The position numbers and the translations under genes are program-made. Of a stretch of DNA of 64,000 bases, positions 21,012 through 39,660 are shown in pieces (the first letter of the stretch is position 1; each line of letters starts with the position of its first letter). The stretch is from an uncultured Verrucomicrobiae bacterium (GTDB lineage Bacteria; Verrucomicrobiota; Verrucomicrobiia; Chthoniobacterales; UBA10450), in the NCBI GenBank assembly GCA_963834385.1, contig CAWIBO010000003.1, positions 128,001-192,000 of the forward strand. The letters are read 5' to 3'. The notes below the pieces were generated by a model. That model did not search any database. It was not told the DNA's origin and saw nothing but the letters and a program-made list of their open reading frames with translations.

Positions 21012-21578
21012 ATGCCGCAAACGCTTGCAGCCAAGGATCAGTGGTTCGTCGTGCACGTGCTCTCCGGCCAGGAGAACAAGGTGCGCGATAACCTGGAAAA
21101 ACGCGTCCAGCAGGAGGAAATGGGCGATGTGGTCTTCGAGGTCCTCGTCCCGACCGAGCGCGTCTCCGAGATCAAGAAAGGGAAAAAGAGCGAGACCACC
21201 CGCAAATTCTTTCCCGGTTACCTGATCGTGAACATGCACCTGCTCGACGAGAACAACCAGCTCATCGGGCGCACCTGGTATTTCATCCGGGAAACGCCGG
21301 GCGTGATCGGATTTGCCGGGACCAAGGACCGTCCCATCCCCATGCGCCCCTCCGAGGTGGAGAGCATGCTCGCGCAGATGCGCGAGCGCGAGGAAAAGGT
21401 CAAGCCGAAGGTCAGCTTCGAAGTCGGCGAAACGGTCAAGGTGGCCGATGGACCTTTCCAGAACCAGAACGGCATCGTGGAAGAGATCGATCCCGAGCGC
21501 GGCAAGCTCCGCGTTTCCGTCACCATTTTCGGCCGGGCCACACCGGTCGAACTCGAATACTGGCAGGTCGAAGCGTAG
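21012..21578 (+). CDS. nusG: Transcription factor NusG
   Basis: WFVVHVLSGQE, FFPGY, KOW GETVKVADGPF and FGRATPVEL. Confidence 0.97.
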   Translation: MPQTLAAKDQWFVVHVLSGQENKVRDNLEKRVQQEEMGDVVFEVLVPTERVSEIKKGKKSETTRKFFPGYLIVNMHLLDENNQLIGRTWYFIRETPGVIGFAGTKDRPIPMRPSEVESMLAQMREREEKVKPKVSFEVGETVKVADGPFQNQNGIVEEIDPERGKLRVSVTIFGRATPVELEYWQVEA

Positions 21579-21626
21579 GCTAGGCCGCCGTCAGGATTCA
21601 TTTCTCAACCCTCAACTTTCCGAAAA

Positions 21627-22052
21627 ATGGCTAAAGAAATCGTTGCTCACATCAAATTGCAGATCCCGGCGGGTCAGGCGAACCCGGCCCCGCCCGTTGG
21701 CACCGCCCTCGGGCCGCGCGGCGTCAACATCATGGCCTTCTGCAAGGAATTTAATGCCGCCACCCAGAAACAGGCGGGCGACATCCTCCCGGTCGTCATC
21801 ACCGTCTTCAAGGACAAGAGCTTTACCTTCATCACCAAGAGCCCGCCTGCGGCCATCCTCTTGAAAAAGGCGGCCAACATCGCCGCCGGTTCCAAGGAGC
21901 CGAACAAGACCAAGGTGGGCAAGGTCACGCGCAAGCAGGTCATGGAGATCGTGAAGACGAAGGGCAAGGACCTGAATTCGCGGAACGACGAGGCCGGCTA
22001 CAAGATCATTGCCGGCACCGCCCGCCAGATGGGGCTCGAGATCGTCGATTAG
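21627..22052 (+). CDS. rplK: 50S ribosomal protein L11
   Basis: [23 protein letters not shown] and GTARQMG. Confidence 0.98.
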   Translation: MAKEIVAHIKLQIPAGQANPAPPVGTALGPRGVNIMAFCKEFNAATQKQAGDILPVVITVFKDKSFTFITKSPPAAILLKKAANIAAGSKEPNKTKVGKVTRKQVMEIVKTKGKDLNSRNDEAGYKIIAGTARQMGLEIVD

Positions 22053-22117
22053 CCGGTCCCGGCACCCACCCGCGTCGCGCCCTTGCGCGACGGTCTTAAT
22101 TCCATTAAGCGGAGCGG

Positions 22118-23416
22118 ATGCTCCTTCGATTTTTCGCAAGCGTCGCGGCGGCCGGGCTGATCTGCGCAGCCCAGGCAGCCGATCCCGTCATCGCCCTTAA
22201 AGCGGCCCGGCTTTTCGACGGAAAGGGCAAGGCCCTGCTGCCGAACGGCGTGGTCCTGGTGCAGGGCACAAAGATCCTCGACGCGGGAAGCAACCTTTCG
22301 ATTCCGGAAGGCGCCCGCGTGATCGACCTCGGAGACGCCACCCTTTCCCCCGGATTCATGGATGCGCACACGCACCTGACTCTGGATTATGCGCGCCCTT
22401 ACGACGAGGTGATGCTGCACGGGTTCAAGAGCAACGCCGCCCGGATCGCGCTCGAGTCGATTCCGCGGGCCCGGGCCACCCTTGAAGCCGGTTTCACCAC
22501 CGTGCGGGACGTTGGCGCGCCTGATTTCGTCGATGTCGCCCTGCGCGACGCCATTGCCGCCGGGACGGTCATCGGGCCGCGCATGCTGGTGGCCACCGCC
22601 GGTATCGGGACCACCGGCGGTCACTTCGATAACAGCAACGGGTTGCGCGACGGTCTTTTCGGGAAGCAGCCCGATTACACCGATGGCATCACCGACGGGC
22701 CCGAAGGAATGCGGAAGGCGGTCCGTTACCAGGTCAAGAACGGGGCGGACGTGATCAAGGCGGCCGTCTCGGGCGGCGTGCTTTCGCTCGCCAATGAAGT
22801 GGACGTGCGCCAGATGACACCGGAGGAAACGGCCGCGCTGGTCGATGAAACCCATCGCCTGCGCAAGACCATTGCGGTCCACAGCCATGGCGACGAAGCG
22901 GCCCGCGAGGCAATCGCGGCCGGGGTGGACTCGATCGAGCACGCCTCCTTTCTCAAGCCCGAGACCCTTGCGATGATGAAAAGCAAGGGCACCTACCTTG
23001 TTCCCACCCTGATGGCGACCGAGTGGATCGTCGCCAAGATCGAAAACTATCCCCCGGCCCTGCAGGAGAAGGCGCGGTCGGCCGACGAGGCGCGCTCGCA
23101 GATGTTTCGTGACGCCGTTAAAGCCGGGGTGCGCATCGCCTTCGGGACGGATGCGGCCGTCTTTCCGCACGGTCAGAATGCAAAGGAATTCAAGCTCATG
23201 GTCGACCTGGGGATGGCGCCGATCGATGCTCTTCGCTCCGCCACTTCCGTAACGGCGGATCTTTTCAAGATCGCTGACAAAACCGGGACCCTTGAGAAGG
23301 GAAAGCTGGCCGACGTGGTGGCGATGCCAGGCGATCCGACCCAGGATATCACGGCGACCGAACGCATTTCCTTTGTGATGAAGGAAGGCCGCATCATCAA
23401 GGGCGCAACTCCGTAA
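22118..23416 (+). CDS. Secreted metal-dependent amidohydrolase (Xaa-Pro dipeptidase-like)
   Basis: Signal peptide; DAHTH, carboxylated-Lys VIK, HSHG, IEHA and GTDA motifs. Confidence 0.9.
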   Translation: MLLRFFASVAAAGLICAAQAADPVIALKAARLFDGKGKALLPNGVVLVQGTKILDAGSNLSIPEGARVIDLGDATLSPGFMDAHTHLTLDYARPYDEVMLHGFKSNAARIALESIPRARATLEAGFTTVRDVGAPDFVDVALRDAIAAGTVIGPRMLVATAGIGTTGGHFDNSNGLRDGLFGKQPDYTDGITDGPEGMRKAVRYQVKNGADVIKAAVSGGVLSLANEVDVRQMTPEETAALVDETHRLRKTIAVHSHGDEAAREAIAAGVDSIEHASFLKPETLAMMKSKGTYLVPTLMATEWIVAKIENYPPALQEKARSADEARSQMFRDAVKAGVRIAFGTDAAVFPHGQNAKEFKLMVDLGMAPIDALRSATSVTADLFKIADKTGTLEKGKLADVVAMPGDPTQDITATERISFVMKEGRIIKGATP

Positions 23417-23453
23417 CCGCGCCCGGTCTCCGGAAGACGGACGGGGAACGCGG

Positions 23454-23798
23454 TTAGGCGAAGTCCGGGTTCGGTTTCAGCCAGGCGGCGTCCGGGGCGA
23501 GATCCCTGGCGCGCGCGGCGTTGTAAACACAAAGCAAATCCTCCACCGCATAATGCAGGGCGTCCCCTTCGCCTCCGGTCTCGAGGTCGTCCGGGGCATC
23601 CTTGTCGGGGGCCGGCAGGCCCGGGACCTCGAGGATATGGCTGCAGCGGGCAATGATCCGGCCGGAATGGACCGGCTGGAACAGGCGCACCGTGATCTCC
23701 TGTTCCAGGTCGCGCAGGTGGAACTTGAACTCCGAAAGGAAAATCAGGGGCTGCCGGACGGCAGGGTCAGTCAGGGCTTCACCACGGCTCCAGCTCAT
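23454..23798 (-). CDS. Hypothetical protein
   Basis: Compact ORF with plausible composition filling the gap; no recognised motif; start uncertain. Confidence 0.55.
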   Translation of the reverse strand: MSWSRGEALTDPAVRQPLIFLSEFKFHLRDLEQEITVRLFQPVHSGRIIARCSHILEVPGLPAPDKDAPDDLETGGEGDALHYAVEDLLCVYNAARARDLAPDAAWLKPNPDFA

Positions 23799-23873
23799 AG
23801 GGAACGAAGGTAGCGAAACCAAGCGGAGGCCGACAAGGAGAACCTCAGCCGAGATTTTTCGTTTTGTGCCGGA

Positions 23874-24680
23874 TCAGAGCATCGGGCGCACCGCCAGCTT
23901 CACCGAATCACCCGAGCCGCCGATGTAATAAAGGGCGACGCCGCCGGCACCGTAAACGGGGTAGAGCGCATACGGCACACCCTCGATCCGCACCGGATTC
24001 TGATGGTCGATGGCCAGAGTGCGCCCGACGGCGTGAGTCACCACCGCGGTGTAACCCAGCTCCGGGGCGGGAAAGGTGAGGCTTTCGTCAAGATAAGGCG
24101 CAAAGCGGCGGGTCGGCATCCGCACGGTGCGGTAGTTGAGGGAATCCAGCGTGTAGGGGCTGAGGTAGGTGGCCACGTCCGTCTGGCTGCTGATGGTGTC
24201 GATCAGGCGCGGCTCGATGATGTCTTCGCCGGCCTGGCGGAACCGGAGGAAAACGAACTCGTAATCGGGTCCGCCCCATTGGCCGAGGTTGAAGGGCTGG
24301 CCGTAGGAGGCGTTGAAAATGTGCAGGCGGGGCCTGGCGGCTGCGGGGCGTTGTTCGCCGCCGCCACGGGAGGCCGGTTTGGGCTGGCTGGCACGGGCGG
24401 CTTCAAAATTCCGCGCGGCTTTTTCATCGAGGAGGAGACTGGAATTCCGCAGTTCCTGGAGAAGGGCGGGGGAGGCGCCCTGTTTCCGCAGCGTATCTTC
24501 CTGGTCGCGGCTGAGTTTGCGCACCAATTTACGGCCGGAAACTTCCTGGACGATGGCGGCGTCGCGATCGCCGCCGCGGACCATGAGCGAAAGCTCCTGG
24601 AAATCAACGGGGCGGGCGAACGCGGGGAGACACGCCATACCTGTTATACTCACTATTAGGAGAAGCATTTTTGGGGTCAT
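23874..24680 (-). CDS. Secreted hypothetical protein
   Basis: Signal peptide MTPKMLLLIVSITGMACLPAFA; helical N-domain LRKQGASPALL. Confidence 0.65.
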   Translation of the reverse strand: MTPKMLLLIVSITGMACLPAFARPVDFQELSLMVRGGDRDAAIVQEVSGRKLVRKLSRDQEDTLRKQGASPALLQELRNSSLLLDEKAARNFEAARASQPKPASRGGGEQRPAAARPRLHIFNASYGQPFNLGQWGGPDYEFVFLRFRQAGEDIIEPRLIDTISSQTDVATYLSPYTLDSLNYRTVRMPTRRFAPYLDESLTFPAPELGYTAVVTHAVGRTLAIDHQNPVRIEGVPYALYPVYGAGGVALYYIGGSGDSVKLAVRPML

Positions 24681-24758
24681 GTTATAAATCAAGCGGCCCC
24701 GGGCCGGCCGTGGCAAGATGATTCGGCGGTCTCCCGGTGAAAAGCGCGGGGGATCCGC

Positions 24759-24787
24759 TTGACAGGGTGGTTTTCCTCGCGTAAATG
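24759..24787 (+). promoter_or_regulatory. Candidate sigma70 promoter for rplA-rplJ-rplL
   Basis: Perfect TTGACA followed at 16-17 nt by GTAAAT/TAAATG, about 70 nt upstream of rplA. Confidence 0.5.
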
Positions 24788-24857
24788 CGCCCTCCCGCTC
24801 CTCCCAAGGAGCATCCTTTATCAGGAGAGCCTGAGGCTCGCTTGGACTGACCAAATT

Positions 24858-25559
24858 ATGCAAAACAATCGCAGCAAACGTTATCGCGCGTCCGCCGAGA
24901 TGGTGGACCGCAACAAGGCCTACAGCCTGAACGACGCCGTTTCGACGCTGAAAAAGCTCCCGGCGCCCAAGTTCGACCAGACCGTCACCCTGGCCTTTCG
25001 GCTGGGCGTCGATCCCAAGCAATCGGACCAGATGGTCCGCGGCACCTGCCCGCTCCCGCATGGCAGCGGCAAACAGGTGCGCGTGCTCGTCTTTGCCGAG
25101 GGGCAGGCGGCGAACGCGGCCCGTGAAGCCGGGGCCGAGCATGTCGGTTTCATGGACATGGTGAAAAAGTGCCAGGAAGGCTTCCAGGATTTCGACGTGG
25201 CCATTGCCACCCCCGCGGCCATGGCCGAGGTGCGCAAGCTGGGCAAGGTCCTGGGCCCGCGCGGCCTGATGCCGAACCCGAAGACCGGCACGGTGACGGA
25301 CGACACGGCCAAGGCGGTGGGTGAGGTGAAAGCGGGACGAGTCGAGTTCAAGCTGGACAAGAACGGCAACGTGGCGGTGCCGGTCGGCAAATTTTCATTC
25401 GGGGAAGAGCAACTGCTGGAGAACGGCACGGCCGTGATCGAGGCAGTGGTGCGGGCGCGCCCGGCCACGGCCAAGGGGCGCTTTGTGGAGGGGTTGACCC
25501 TCAGCGCCACCATGTCGCCCGGGTTACGGGTCGATCCCTCCCCTTACCTGACTTTTTAA
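24858..25559 (+). CDS. rplA: 50S ribosomal protein L1
   Basis: KFDQTV, DQMVRG..LPHGSGK, LGPRGLMPNPKTGTV and TMSPG. Confidence 0.98.
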   Translation: MQNNRSKRYRASAEMVDRNKAYSLNDAVSTLKKLPAPKFDQTVTLAFRLGVDPKQSDQMVRGTCPLPHGSGKQVRVLVFAEGQAANAAREAGAEHVGFMDMVKKCQEGFQDFDVAIATPAAMAEVRKLGKVLGPRGLMPNPKTGTVTDDTAKAVGEVKAGRVEFKLDKNGNVAVPVGKFSFGEEQLLENGTAVIEAVVRARPATAKGRFVEGLTLSATMSPGLRVDPSPYLTF

Positions 25560-25569
25560 GGAGAATCCC

Positions 25570-26106
25570 ATGAGACCCGAAAAAACAAGCATCGTCGCGG
25601 ATTTGGTGGAAAAGCTGAACAGCACGCCTTTCCTGCTCGTGGCCGATTACCAGCGCATGAAAGTGGACCAGTTCAGCGAACTGCGGAACCGGCTTGCCCC
25701 CGCCGGCGCGGAGCTGCGCGTGGTCAAGAACAGCTTCCTTCGCCGCGCCCTGGCCGACTCCGGGCTGCCGGAGATTTCCGACCAGCTGACCGGCCAGACG
25801 GCCGTGGTCATGGGGCAAAAAGACGTGGCCCCGGTGGCCAAGGTGCTCAAGGCTTTTTCGGCCGAGTTCAAGGTGGGCGCTCTGAAGATCGGCATCATCG
25901 ACAATGCGATTCTTTCCACGAGCGAGGTGGAGGCGCTGGCTGACCTGCCGCCGCTGCCGATGCTGCAGGCGCAGCTGCTGGGCCTGCTGCTCTCGCCGAT
26001 GACGCAACTGGCGCGGGTGCTGAACGAGCCGGGCGCTTCGCTGGCCCGCCTGCTTCAGGCCAAGGTGGACAAGGAAGGTGGAGCGCCGTCGGAGGCGGCC
26101 GCCTAG
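25570..26106 (+). CDS. rplJ: 50S ribosomal protein L10
   Basis: ELRNRL...VVKNS, LADLP and synteny. Confidence 0.95.
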   Translation: MRPEKTSIVADLVEKLNSTPFLLVADYQRMKVDQFSELRNRLAPAGAELRVVKNSFLRRALADSGLPEISDQLTGQTAVVMGQKDVAPVAKVLKAFSAEFKVGALKIGIIDNAILSTSEVEALADLPPLPMLQAQLLGLLLSPMTQLARVLNEPGASLARLLQAKVDKEGGAPSEAAA

Positions 26107-26226
26107 AGAGAAAAATTTGCCGGTCCGGAAAAGGACGGCGGAACAACAACAACAACTAGCCGACCCGGTGGCTGCCGGGTTCAATTTTTCGGAGGCTTCC
26201 GAAAGCGGCGAAACGAGGAAAACACA

Positions 26227-26613
26227 ATGGCAGATACAAATACAATCGTGGAGCAACTCAGCGGCCTGACCGTTCTTGAGATTGCCGGTCTGGTAAAACA
26301 GCTGGAAGAAAAATGGGGCGTGAGCGCAGCGGCTCCCGTGGCCATGGCGGCGCCTGCCGCCGGCGGCGGTGGTGCGGCAGCTCCGGCGGCCGAAGAGAAG
26401 ACCACCTTCGAGGTGATCCTGAAGGAAATGGGCTCCAACAAGATTGGCGTCATCAAGGAAGTGCGCGGCGCGGTCCCGGGTCTCGGCCTGGCCGAGGCGA
26501 AGGCACTGGTCGAGGGCGCTCCCAAGTCGATCAAGGAAGGTGTGACCAAGGAAGAAGCCGAAGAGATCAAGAAAAAGATCGAAGCGGCCGGCGCCAAGGT
26601 CGAAATCAAGTAG
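26227..26613 (+). CDS. rplL: 50S ribosomal protein L7/L12
   Basis: [18 protein letters not shown] and [12 protein letters not shown]. Confidence 0.98.
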   Translation: MADTNTIVEQLSGLTVLEIAGLVKQLEEKWGVSAAAPVAMAAPAAGGGGAAAPAAEEKTTFEVILKEMGSNKIGVIKEVRGAVPGLGLAEAKALVEGAPKSIKEGVTKEEAEEIKKKIEAAGAKVEIK

Positions 26614-26920
26614 AGCCTTCTCCGCCCCTTGCGGGCGGGAAAGCATGGCCTCGACGGGGGCGATCCAGGCGAAAAAGGCTTGCCTGGACGCCCCCGGCGT
26701 GCCAAAAGTCTTTTTCGTTAGAAATCGTTATTTTTAACAAGGCGCACGACGGACATTTTCGACAGAGGCAACAAATCGAGGGTGGTCAATTGACACCCTG
26801 CCGATTTGCTGCCATTTTTGCGCCCCTCGCAAACCGGCAAATGCCGTAATTCGTTCCCCGAACAATCGCGCCGCTCCCTGGGTCAGGCGGCGCGCAAGTG
26901 TTCACCTTAGATGCACAGTT

Positions 26921-30730
<3,810 letters not shown>

Positions 30731-30760
30731 GTTTTTGGAAGTAAACAAAGAGAGATTTAA

Positions 30761-34886
<4,126 letters not shown>

Positions 34887-34907
34887 GCCTCTTTCCGCGA
34901 CCATTTC

Positions 34908-34949
34908 CGAAAGTCGAACCGGTTCCGGCCGGTTCGACTTTCGTGTTTT
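34908..34949 (+). terminator. Intrinsic terminator after rpoC
   Basis: 15-bp stem CGAAAGTCGAACCGG/CCGGTTCGACTTTCG followed by TGTTTT. Confidence 0.75.
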
Positions 34950-34965
34950 GGGAGTAAACTCCCTC

Positions 34966-35526
34966 ATGTCGATCGCAACCAAAACCGGCGACTCGGGCGA
35001 GACCTCCCTCATGTACGGCCGCCGGGTTTCCAAGGCCGACCCGCGGGTGGAGGCCTACGGCTCCGTGGACGAACTCAACGCCGCGCTGGGCGTGGTCCGC
35101 GTCATGGCCGGCGGCGACTCCTTCCTGCAGGACCAGGTCCATGCGGTGCAAAAGGAGTTGATCGTCGTCATGGGCGAACTGGCCACCGCGCCGGCGGATC
35201 TGGCCCGCTATACGGCCGACGGTTTCCATCTGACCACGGGGGAGATGGTGGAGGGTTTGACCAGGGCGGTGGAACACCTCGAACAGGAGAAGCTGGTCAA
35301 TTTCAAGGGCTGGGCCATCCCGGGCGACACGCCTGTGGGAGCGGCCCTGGACGTGGCCCGGACCACCTGCCGGCGGGCTGAGCGCCGGGTGGCCTTCCTG
35401 AGCGCAGGGGAGACCCCGGTGAACCCCGAAATTCTCCGTTTTCTGAACCGGCTTTCCGACCTGTGCTGGCTCCTGGAACGTTACGCCGCCCAGAGGCAAA
35501 ACAGCCCTGCCGGGAGCCAAATTTAG
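34966..35526 (+). CDS. PduO-type cob(I)alamin adenosyltransferase
   Basis: TKTGDSGET, YGSVDELN, RTTCRRAERR and FLNRLSD. Confidence 0.93.
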   Translation: MSIATKTGDSGETSLMYGRRVSKADPRVEAYGSVDELNAALGVVRVMAGGDSFLQDQVHAVQKELIVVMGELATAPADLARYTADGFHLTTGEMVEGLTRAVEHLEQEKLVNFKGWAIPGDTPVGAALDVARTTCRRAERRVAFLSAGETPVNPEILRFLNRLSDLCWLLERYAAQRQNSPAGSQI

Positions 35527-35611
35527 GCTCGATTTTCTGTTTGCCTAAGCAGGCTTCCTGTAGCACCTTCCACGTCCCGCCGCGCCCAGCGTCTGGAGCG
35601 GCTTTTTCTGT

Positions 35612-36343
35612 ATGGCGACTACGACTGAATTAATCCCTGAATTGCTCGAGGCAGGTGTCCATTTTGGCCACCAGACCAAGCGCTGGAATCCCAAGATGCG
35701 CCCGTTCATTTTCGAACAGCGCAACGCCATCTACATCATCAACCTCGATGAGACCGTCAAACAGCTGCAGCGAGCGACCGATTTTCTGCAGGAAGTGACC
35801 CGCAAAGGCGGCAAGATCCTTTTTGTCGGCTGCAAAAAGCAGGCCCAGGAAGCGGTCAAGGAAGCGGCCACCGCCTGTGGTCAGTTTTACGTAAACCAGC
35901 GCTGGCTGGGCGGCACGTTGACCAACCTCACCACCATTCGCAAGAGCATCGGACGCCTGAAGTACATCGAGGAGATCGAGCAATCGCCCGAGTACAAGAA
36001 GATGGGCAAGCAGGAGCTGGCCGCGCTGGGCCGCGAAGCCGCCAAGCTGCGCCGGAATCTGGACGGGATCATTGAGATGCACCAGCTTCCGGATGCCATG
36101 GTGATCATTGATACGACCCGCGAGCAAAACGCGGTCAATGAGGCGCGGCGCCTGAATATTCCCACGGTCGCGATCGTTGATACGAACGCCGATCCGGAGA
36201 TTGTCGATTACCCCATCGCCGGCAACGACGATGCCATCCGGGCCATTCGCGTGCTCCTGCAAAAGCTGGTGGACGCCATCGTTTCCTCGAGTGGCGAGGC
36301 GCGCATCCGCGAGCAGGTGGAGATGGCCGGCGTTTCCGCCTAG
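35612..36343 (+). CDS. rpsB: 30S ribosomal protein S2
   Basis: LLEAGVHFGH, RWLGGTLTN and DTNADP..GNDD. Confidence 0.98.
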   Translation: MATTTELIPELLEAGVHFGHQTKRWNPKMRPFIFEQRNAIYIINLDETVKQLQRATDFLQEVTRKGGKILFVGCKKQAQEAVKEAATACGQFYVNQRWLGGTLTNLTTIRKSIGRLKYIEEIEQSPEYKKMGKQELAALGREAAKLRRNLDGIIEMHQLPDAMVIIDTTREQNAVNEARRLNIPTVAIVDTNADPEIVDYPIAGNDDAIRAIRVLLQKLVDAIVSSSGEARIREQVEMAGVSA

Positions 36344-36368
36344 GCCCCTCCTTTTCCGCCCCCTTTCC

Positions 36369-37010
36369 ATGAGCACAGGCACCACCAACGTTGATCCGCA
36401 GCTGGTCAAGCAACTCCGCGAAAAGACCAACGCGGGCATGATGGATTGCAAACGCGCCCTGAGCGAGACCAACGGCGACATCAACAAGGCCGAGGCGCTC
36501 CTTCGCACCAAGGGGATCGCCAGCGCGAGCAAGAAGTCCTCCCGGGCCACCCGCGAGGGCATTGTCGCCTCCTACATCCATCTCCAGGGCAAGGTGGGCG
36601 TTCTCCTGGAAGTGGGCTGTGAGACCGATTTCGTGGCCAAGAACGAAAATTTCCGCGAGTTCGTGAAGGATATCACCCTGCACATCGCCGCGGCCCATCC
36701 CCTTTACGTCAGTCGCGAGCAGGTGCCGGCCGAGATGGTTGAGGCCGAGCGCGCCATCTTCGTCGGCCAGGTCAAGGACAAGCCGGCGAACGTGGTGGAT
36801 AAAATCGTGGAAGGGAAACTGGAGAAGTTCTACAGCTCCATCTGCCTGCTGGAGCAGGCTTTCATCAAGAATCCCGATCACACCATCAAGGAGCTCGTCT
36901 CGAGCAAGATTTCCGAACTCGGCGAGAACATCGTCATCCGCCGGTTCACCCGCTATTCGGTCGGGGAAGCCCTTCCCGGCAGCGGGGACGAAGCCAACGC
37001 CGCGGCCTGA
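36369..37010 (+). CDS. tsf: Elongation factor Ts (short form)
   Basis: [13 protein letters not shown] and CETDFVA. Confidence 0.98.
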   Translation: MSTGTTNVDPQLVKQLREKTNAGMMDCKRALSETNGDINKAEALLRTKGIASASKKSSRATREGIVASYIHLQGKVGVLLEVGCETDFVAKNENFREFVKDITLHIAAAHPLYVSREQVPAEMVEAERAIFVGQVKDKPANVVDKIVEGKLEKFYSSICLLEQAFIKNPDHTIKELVSSKISELGENIVIRRFTRYSVGEALPGSGDEANAAA

Positions 37011-37150
37011 GGCCGGCGCCCTTTTTCCGATACGCGCAACCGTGCCGGTTGCTGCGTTTTTCTAGTGCAGCGCCTTTCCAAGGCGCTTCCCGGCGTGACC
37101 GTGCACTGACGCGCGGAGCCGGAGGAAAACAAGGATTAACGAGGGAGAAA

Positions 37151-37693
37151 ATGAAACTGGAATCGTTGCAGACACTGTTGGAAGAAGAACTTAAGGACCT
37201 TTACAGCGCGGAGAAGCAGCTGGTGAAGGCCCTGCCGAAGATGGCCAAAAAGGCCTCCTCGGAGGAGCTCCGGGCGGCCCTGGAAGAGCACCTCGAGGTG
37301 ACAAAAGGTCAGGTGGACCGGCTCGAAAAGGTCTTTAAAAGCCTGGGTAAGCCGGCCAAGAGCAAGACCTGCAAGGCCATGAAGGGTTTGATTGAAGAGG
37401 CGAGCGAAATCCTGGAAGAGGATGCCACCGACGAGGTCCTCGACGCCGGCATCATCGCCGCGGCGCAGAAGGTGGAGCATTACGAGATCGCCAGCTACGG
37501 CACCGTCCGGACCTGGGCCCGCCTCTGCGGCGAGGACAAGGCCGCCGACCTGCTCCAGGAAACCCTGGATGAGGAAGGCGAAGCCGACGAGAAGCTGACG
37601 TCGCTGGCGGAGAGCGTTGTCAACCCGGAGGCGCAGGCCAACGGCAAGGCGCCCTCGCGCGGCACCAAAAAGAAATCGTCGTCGCGCCGGTAG
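37151..37693 (+). CDS. DUF892/YciF ferritin-like stress protein
   Basis: [21 protein letters not shown] and [14 protein letters not shown]. Confidence 0.92.
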   Translation: MKLESLQTLLEEELKDLYSAEKQLVKALPKMAKKASSEELRAALEEHLEVTKGQVDRLEKVFKSLGKPAKSKTCKAMKGLIEEASEILEEDATDEVLDAGIIAAAQKVEHYEIASYGTVRTWARLCGEDKAADLLQETLDEEGEADEKLTSLAESVVNPEAQANGKAPSRGTKKKSSSRR

Positions 37694-37712
37694 GCTGGGC
37701 ACGGAAAAGCTT

Positions 37713-37755
37713 GAGCCATCGCGGTCCGACCGGCCGCGATGGCTCTTTTCTTTTT
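37713..37755 (+). terminator. Intrinsic terminator
   Basis: GAGCCATCGCGGTC/GGCCGCGATGGCTC stem followed by TTTTCTTTTT. Confidence 0.8.
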
Positions 37756-37774
37756 CCCTCCTATACTCGGATCG

Positions 37775-39463
37775 ATGGGTTTGGCGGAATACAAGCGGAA
37801 GCGGAACTTCGGCGTCACGGCGGAGCCCAAGGGAGGCAAAGCACTGCCCAAAAAAGTGAAGGGCGCGTCCCGCTTCGTGATCCAGAAGCACGACGCCAGC
37901 CGGCTGCATTACGATTTTCGGCTCGAGATGGACGGCGTCCTCAAGTCGTGGGCGGTTCCGAAAGGGTTGCCCCTGGAGAAAGGGGAGAAACACCTCGCGG
38001 TGGAGGTGGAGGACCATCCGGTGGAGTACGCGACCTTTGAGGGAGTGATTCCGGAGGGCCAGTATGGCGGCGGCACCGTGATGCTGTGGGACGAGGGGAC
38101 CTACTCCGTCTTTGGCGAGAATCCCTTGCAGGCGCTCAAGAAAGGCCGGCTGCATCTGGTTCTGGACGGGAAAAAGGTGCGGGGAGAATGGGCCCTGATC
38201 CGCACCCGGATGGAGGCCGGCAAGCCGCAGTGGCTCCTCCTTAAGGCCACCGAGGATCACAAGCGCATCACCAAAAAGTCCGATGACCAGTCGGCCGTCA
38301 CCGGCCGTTCCATGAAAAAAATCGCGTCCGATCGTGACGCCGAATGGGAATCAAACCGCGCGGACGACCCGGCTTCGTCCCGGTTGAAAAGCCGGGTCCG
38401 GCGGGCTGTAAAAAAAAAGGAAAGCGCGCCCCGACGCCGTCCGGGAAAGGCAAAGAAAAACGGACCTGAGCTTCCGGCCGGCCTGCCGCGAAAGAACCCA
38501 GGTTTCATCTCACCCATGAAACCAAAGCTCGTCTCCGAGCCGCCCGCGGGGGAGGGCTGGGTCTACGAGCTGAAGTTCGACGGAATCCGCGCGCTGGCGG
38601 TGAAAAAGGGGAGGCAGGTGCAGCTTGTCTCGCGCAACGGCAACCAGTTGGCCGGTCGATTCCCGGAGGTCAGCTCGGCCTTTGCCCGTCTCGGGACGGA
38701 GGAATTCGTGGTTGATGGCGAAGTGGTGGCGCTCGATCCGAAGGGGAGAACCTCTTTTCAACTGCTGCAGTCGCGTGAGGCCGATGCCAGGCCGGCTCCG
38801 CTTTGCTATTACGCCTTTGACCTCCTGCAAGCGTCCGGGCATGACCTGACCGGGCTTCCCCTGCGGGAGCGCAAGGAGCTGCTCGAGGCGCTTCTTGGAA
38901 AGGACGATCCCATGCTGCGGTATTCGGGCGAGATCGGTGGATCGCCGGAAAAGCTGCTGCGCGAGATTCAGCGTCTCGGCCTGGAGGGGATCATCGGCAA
39001 GCGGCATGACTCGGTTTATGAAGCCGGGCGCCGCAGCGGGGCCTGGATCAAGTTGAAATGCCTGAACGAGCAGGAATTCGTCATTGGCGGGTTCACCCCC
39101 CCGGCCGGCTCGCGCAAGCACTTTGGCGCCGTCCTGGTCGGTTATTACGAGAAGAAGCGGCTGCTTTTCGCGGGCAAGGTCGGAACCGGGTTTGACGGGA
39201 GGATGCTGCGCGACCTGGCCCGCCGGTTTGAGGATTATGCGCAGGAGGAGTGCCCGTTTGCCGATCTGCCCTCAAAAGCGGGCGGGAAGTGGGTCCAGGG
39301 TATCACCCCGGCGGCCTTCCGGCGCTGCCACTGGCTCCGGCCGGAGCTGGTGTGCCAGGTGCGGTTCGCGGAATGGACGCGGGAGGGCAAGCTGCGCCAG
39401 CCGGTTTTTCACGGTTTACGGGAAGACAAGGCCCCCCGGGAAGTCGTGCGCGAAAAGGCCTGA
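37775..39463 (+). CDS. ligD: NHEJ ATP-dependent DNA ligase LigD (3'-phosphoesterase plus ligase domains; no polymerase domain)
   Basis: PE: YKRKRNF..T.EP, QKHDASRLHYDFRLE, SWAVPKG; LIG: ELKFDGIR, EGIIGK, WIKLK, LRQPVF. Confidence 0.9.
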   Translation: MGLAEYKRKRNFGVTAEPKGGKALPKKVKGASRFVIQKHDASRLHYDFRLEMDGVLKSWAVPKGLPLEKGEKHLAVEVEDHPVEYATFEGVIPEGQYGGGTVMLWDEGTYSVFGENPLQALKKGRLHLVLDGKKVRGEWALIRTRMEAGKPQWLLLKATEDHKRITKKSDDQSAVTGRSMKKIASDRDAEWESNRADDPASSRLKSRVRRAVKKKESAPRRRPGKAKKNGPELPAGLPRKNPGFISPMKPKLVSEPPAGEGWVYELKFDGIRALAVKKGRQVQLVSRNGNQLAGRFPEVSSAFARLGTEEFVVDGEVVALDPKGRTSFQLLQSREADARPAPLCYYAFDLLQASGHDLTGLPLRERKELLEALLGKDDPMLRYSGEIGGSPEKLLREIQRLGLEGIIGKRHDSVYEAGRRSGAWIKLKCLNEQEFVIGGFTPPAGSRKHFGAVLVGYYEKKRLLFAGKVGTGFDGRMLRDLARRFEDYAQEECPFADLPSKAGGKWVQGITPAAFRRCHWLRPELVCQVRFAEWTREGKLRQPVFHGLREDKAPREVVREKA

Positions 39464-39540
39464 GCTCGCCCCTTGCCGAGGGCGAAGAAAGCTGCATACT
39501 TCCCACTCCTGCGCGCCCTGACATCCGGGGCGGTGGACCC

Positions 39541-39616
<76 letters not shown>

Positions 39617-39660
39617 TGCCGGCAGTTGACCGGGATGACGATGCGGCGCATGTCATGGCC

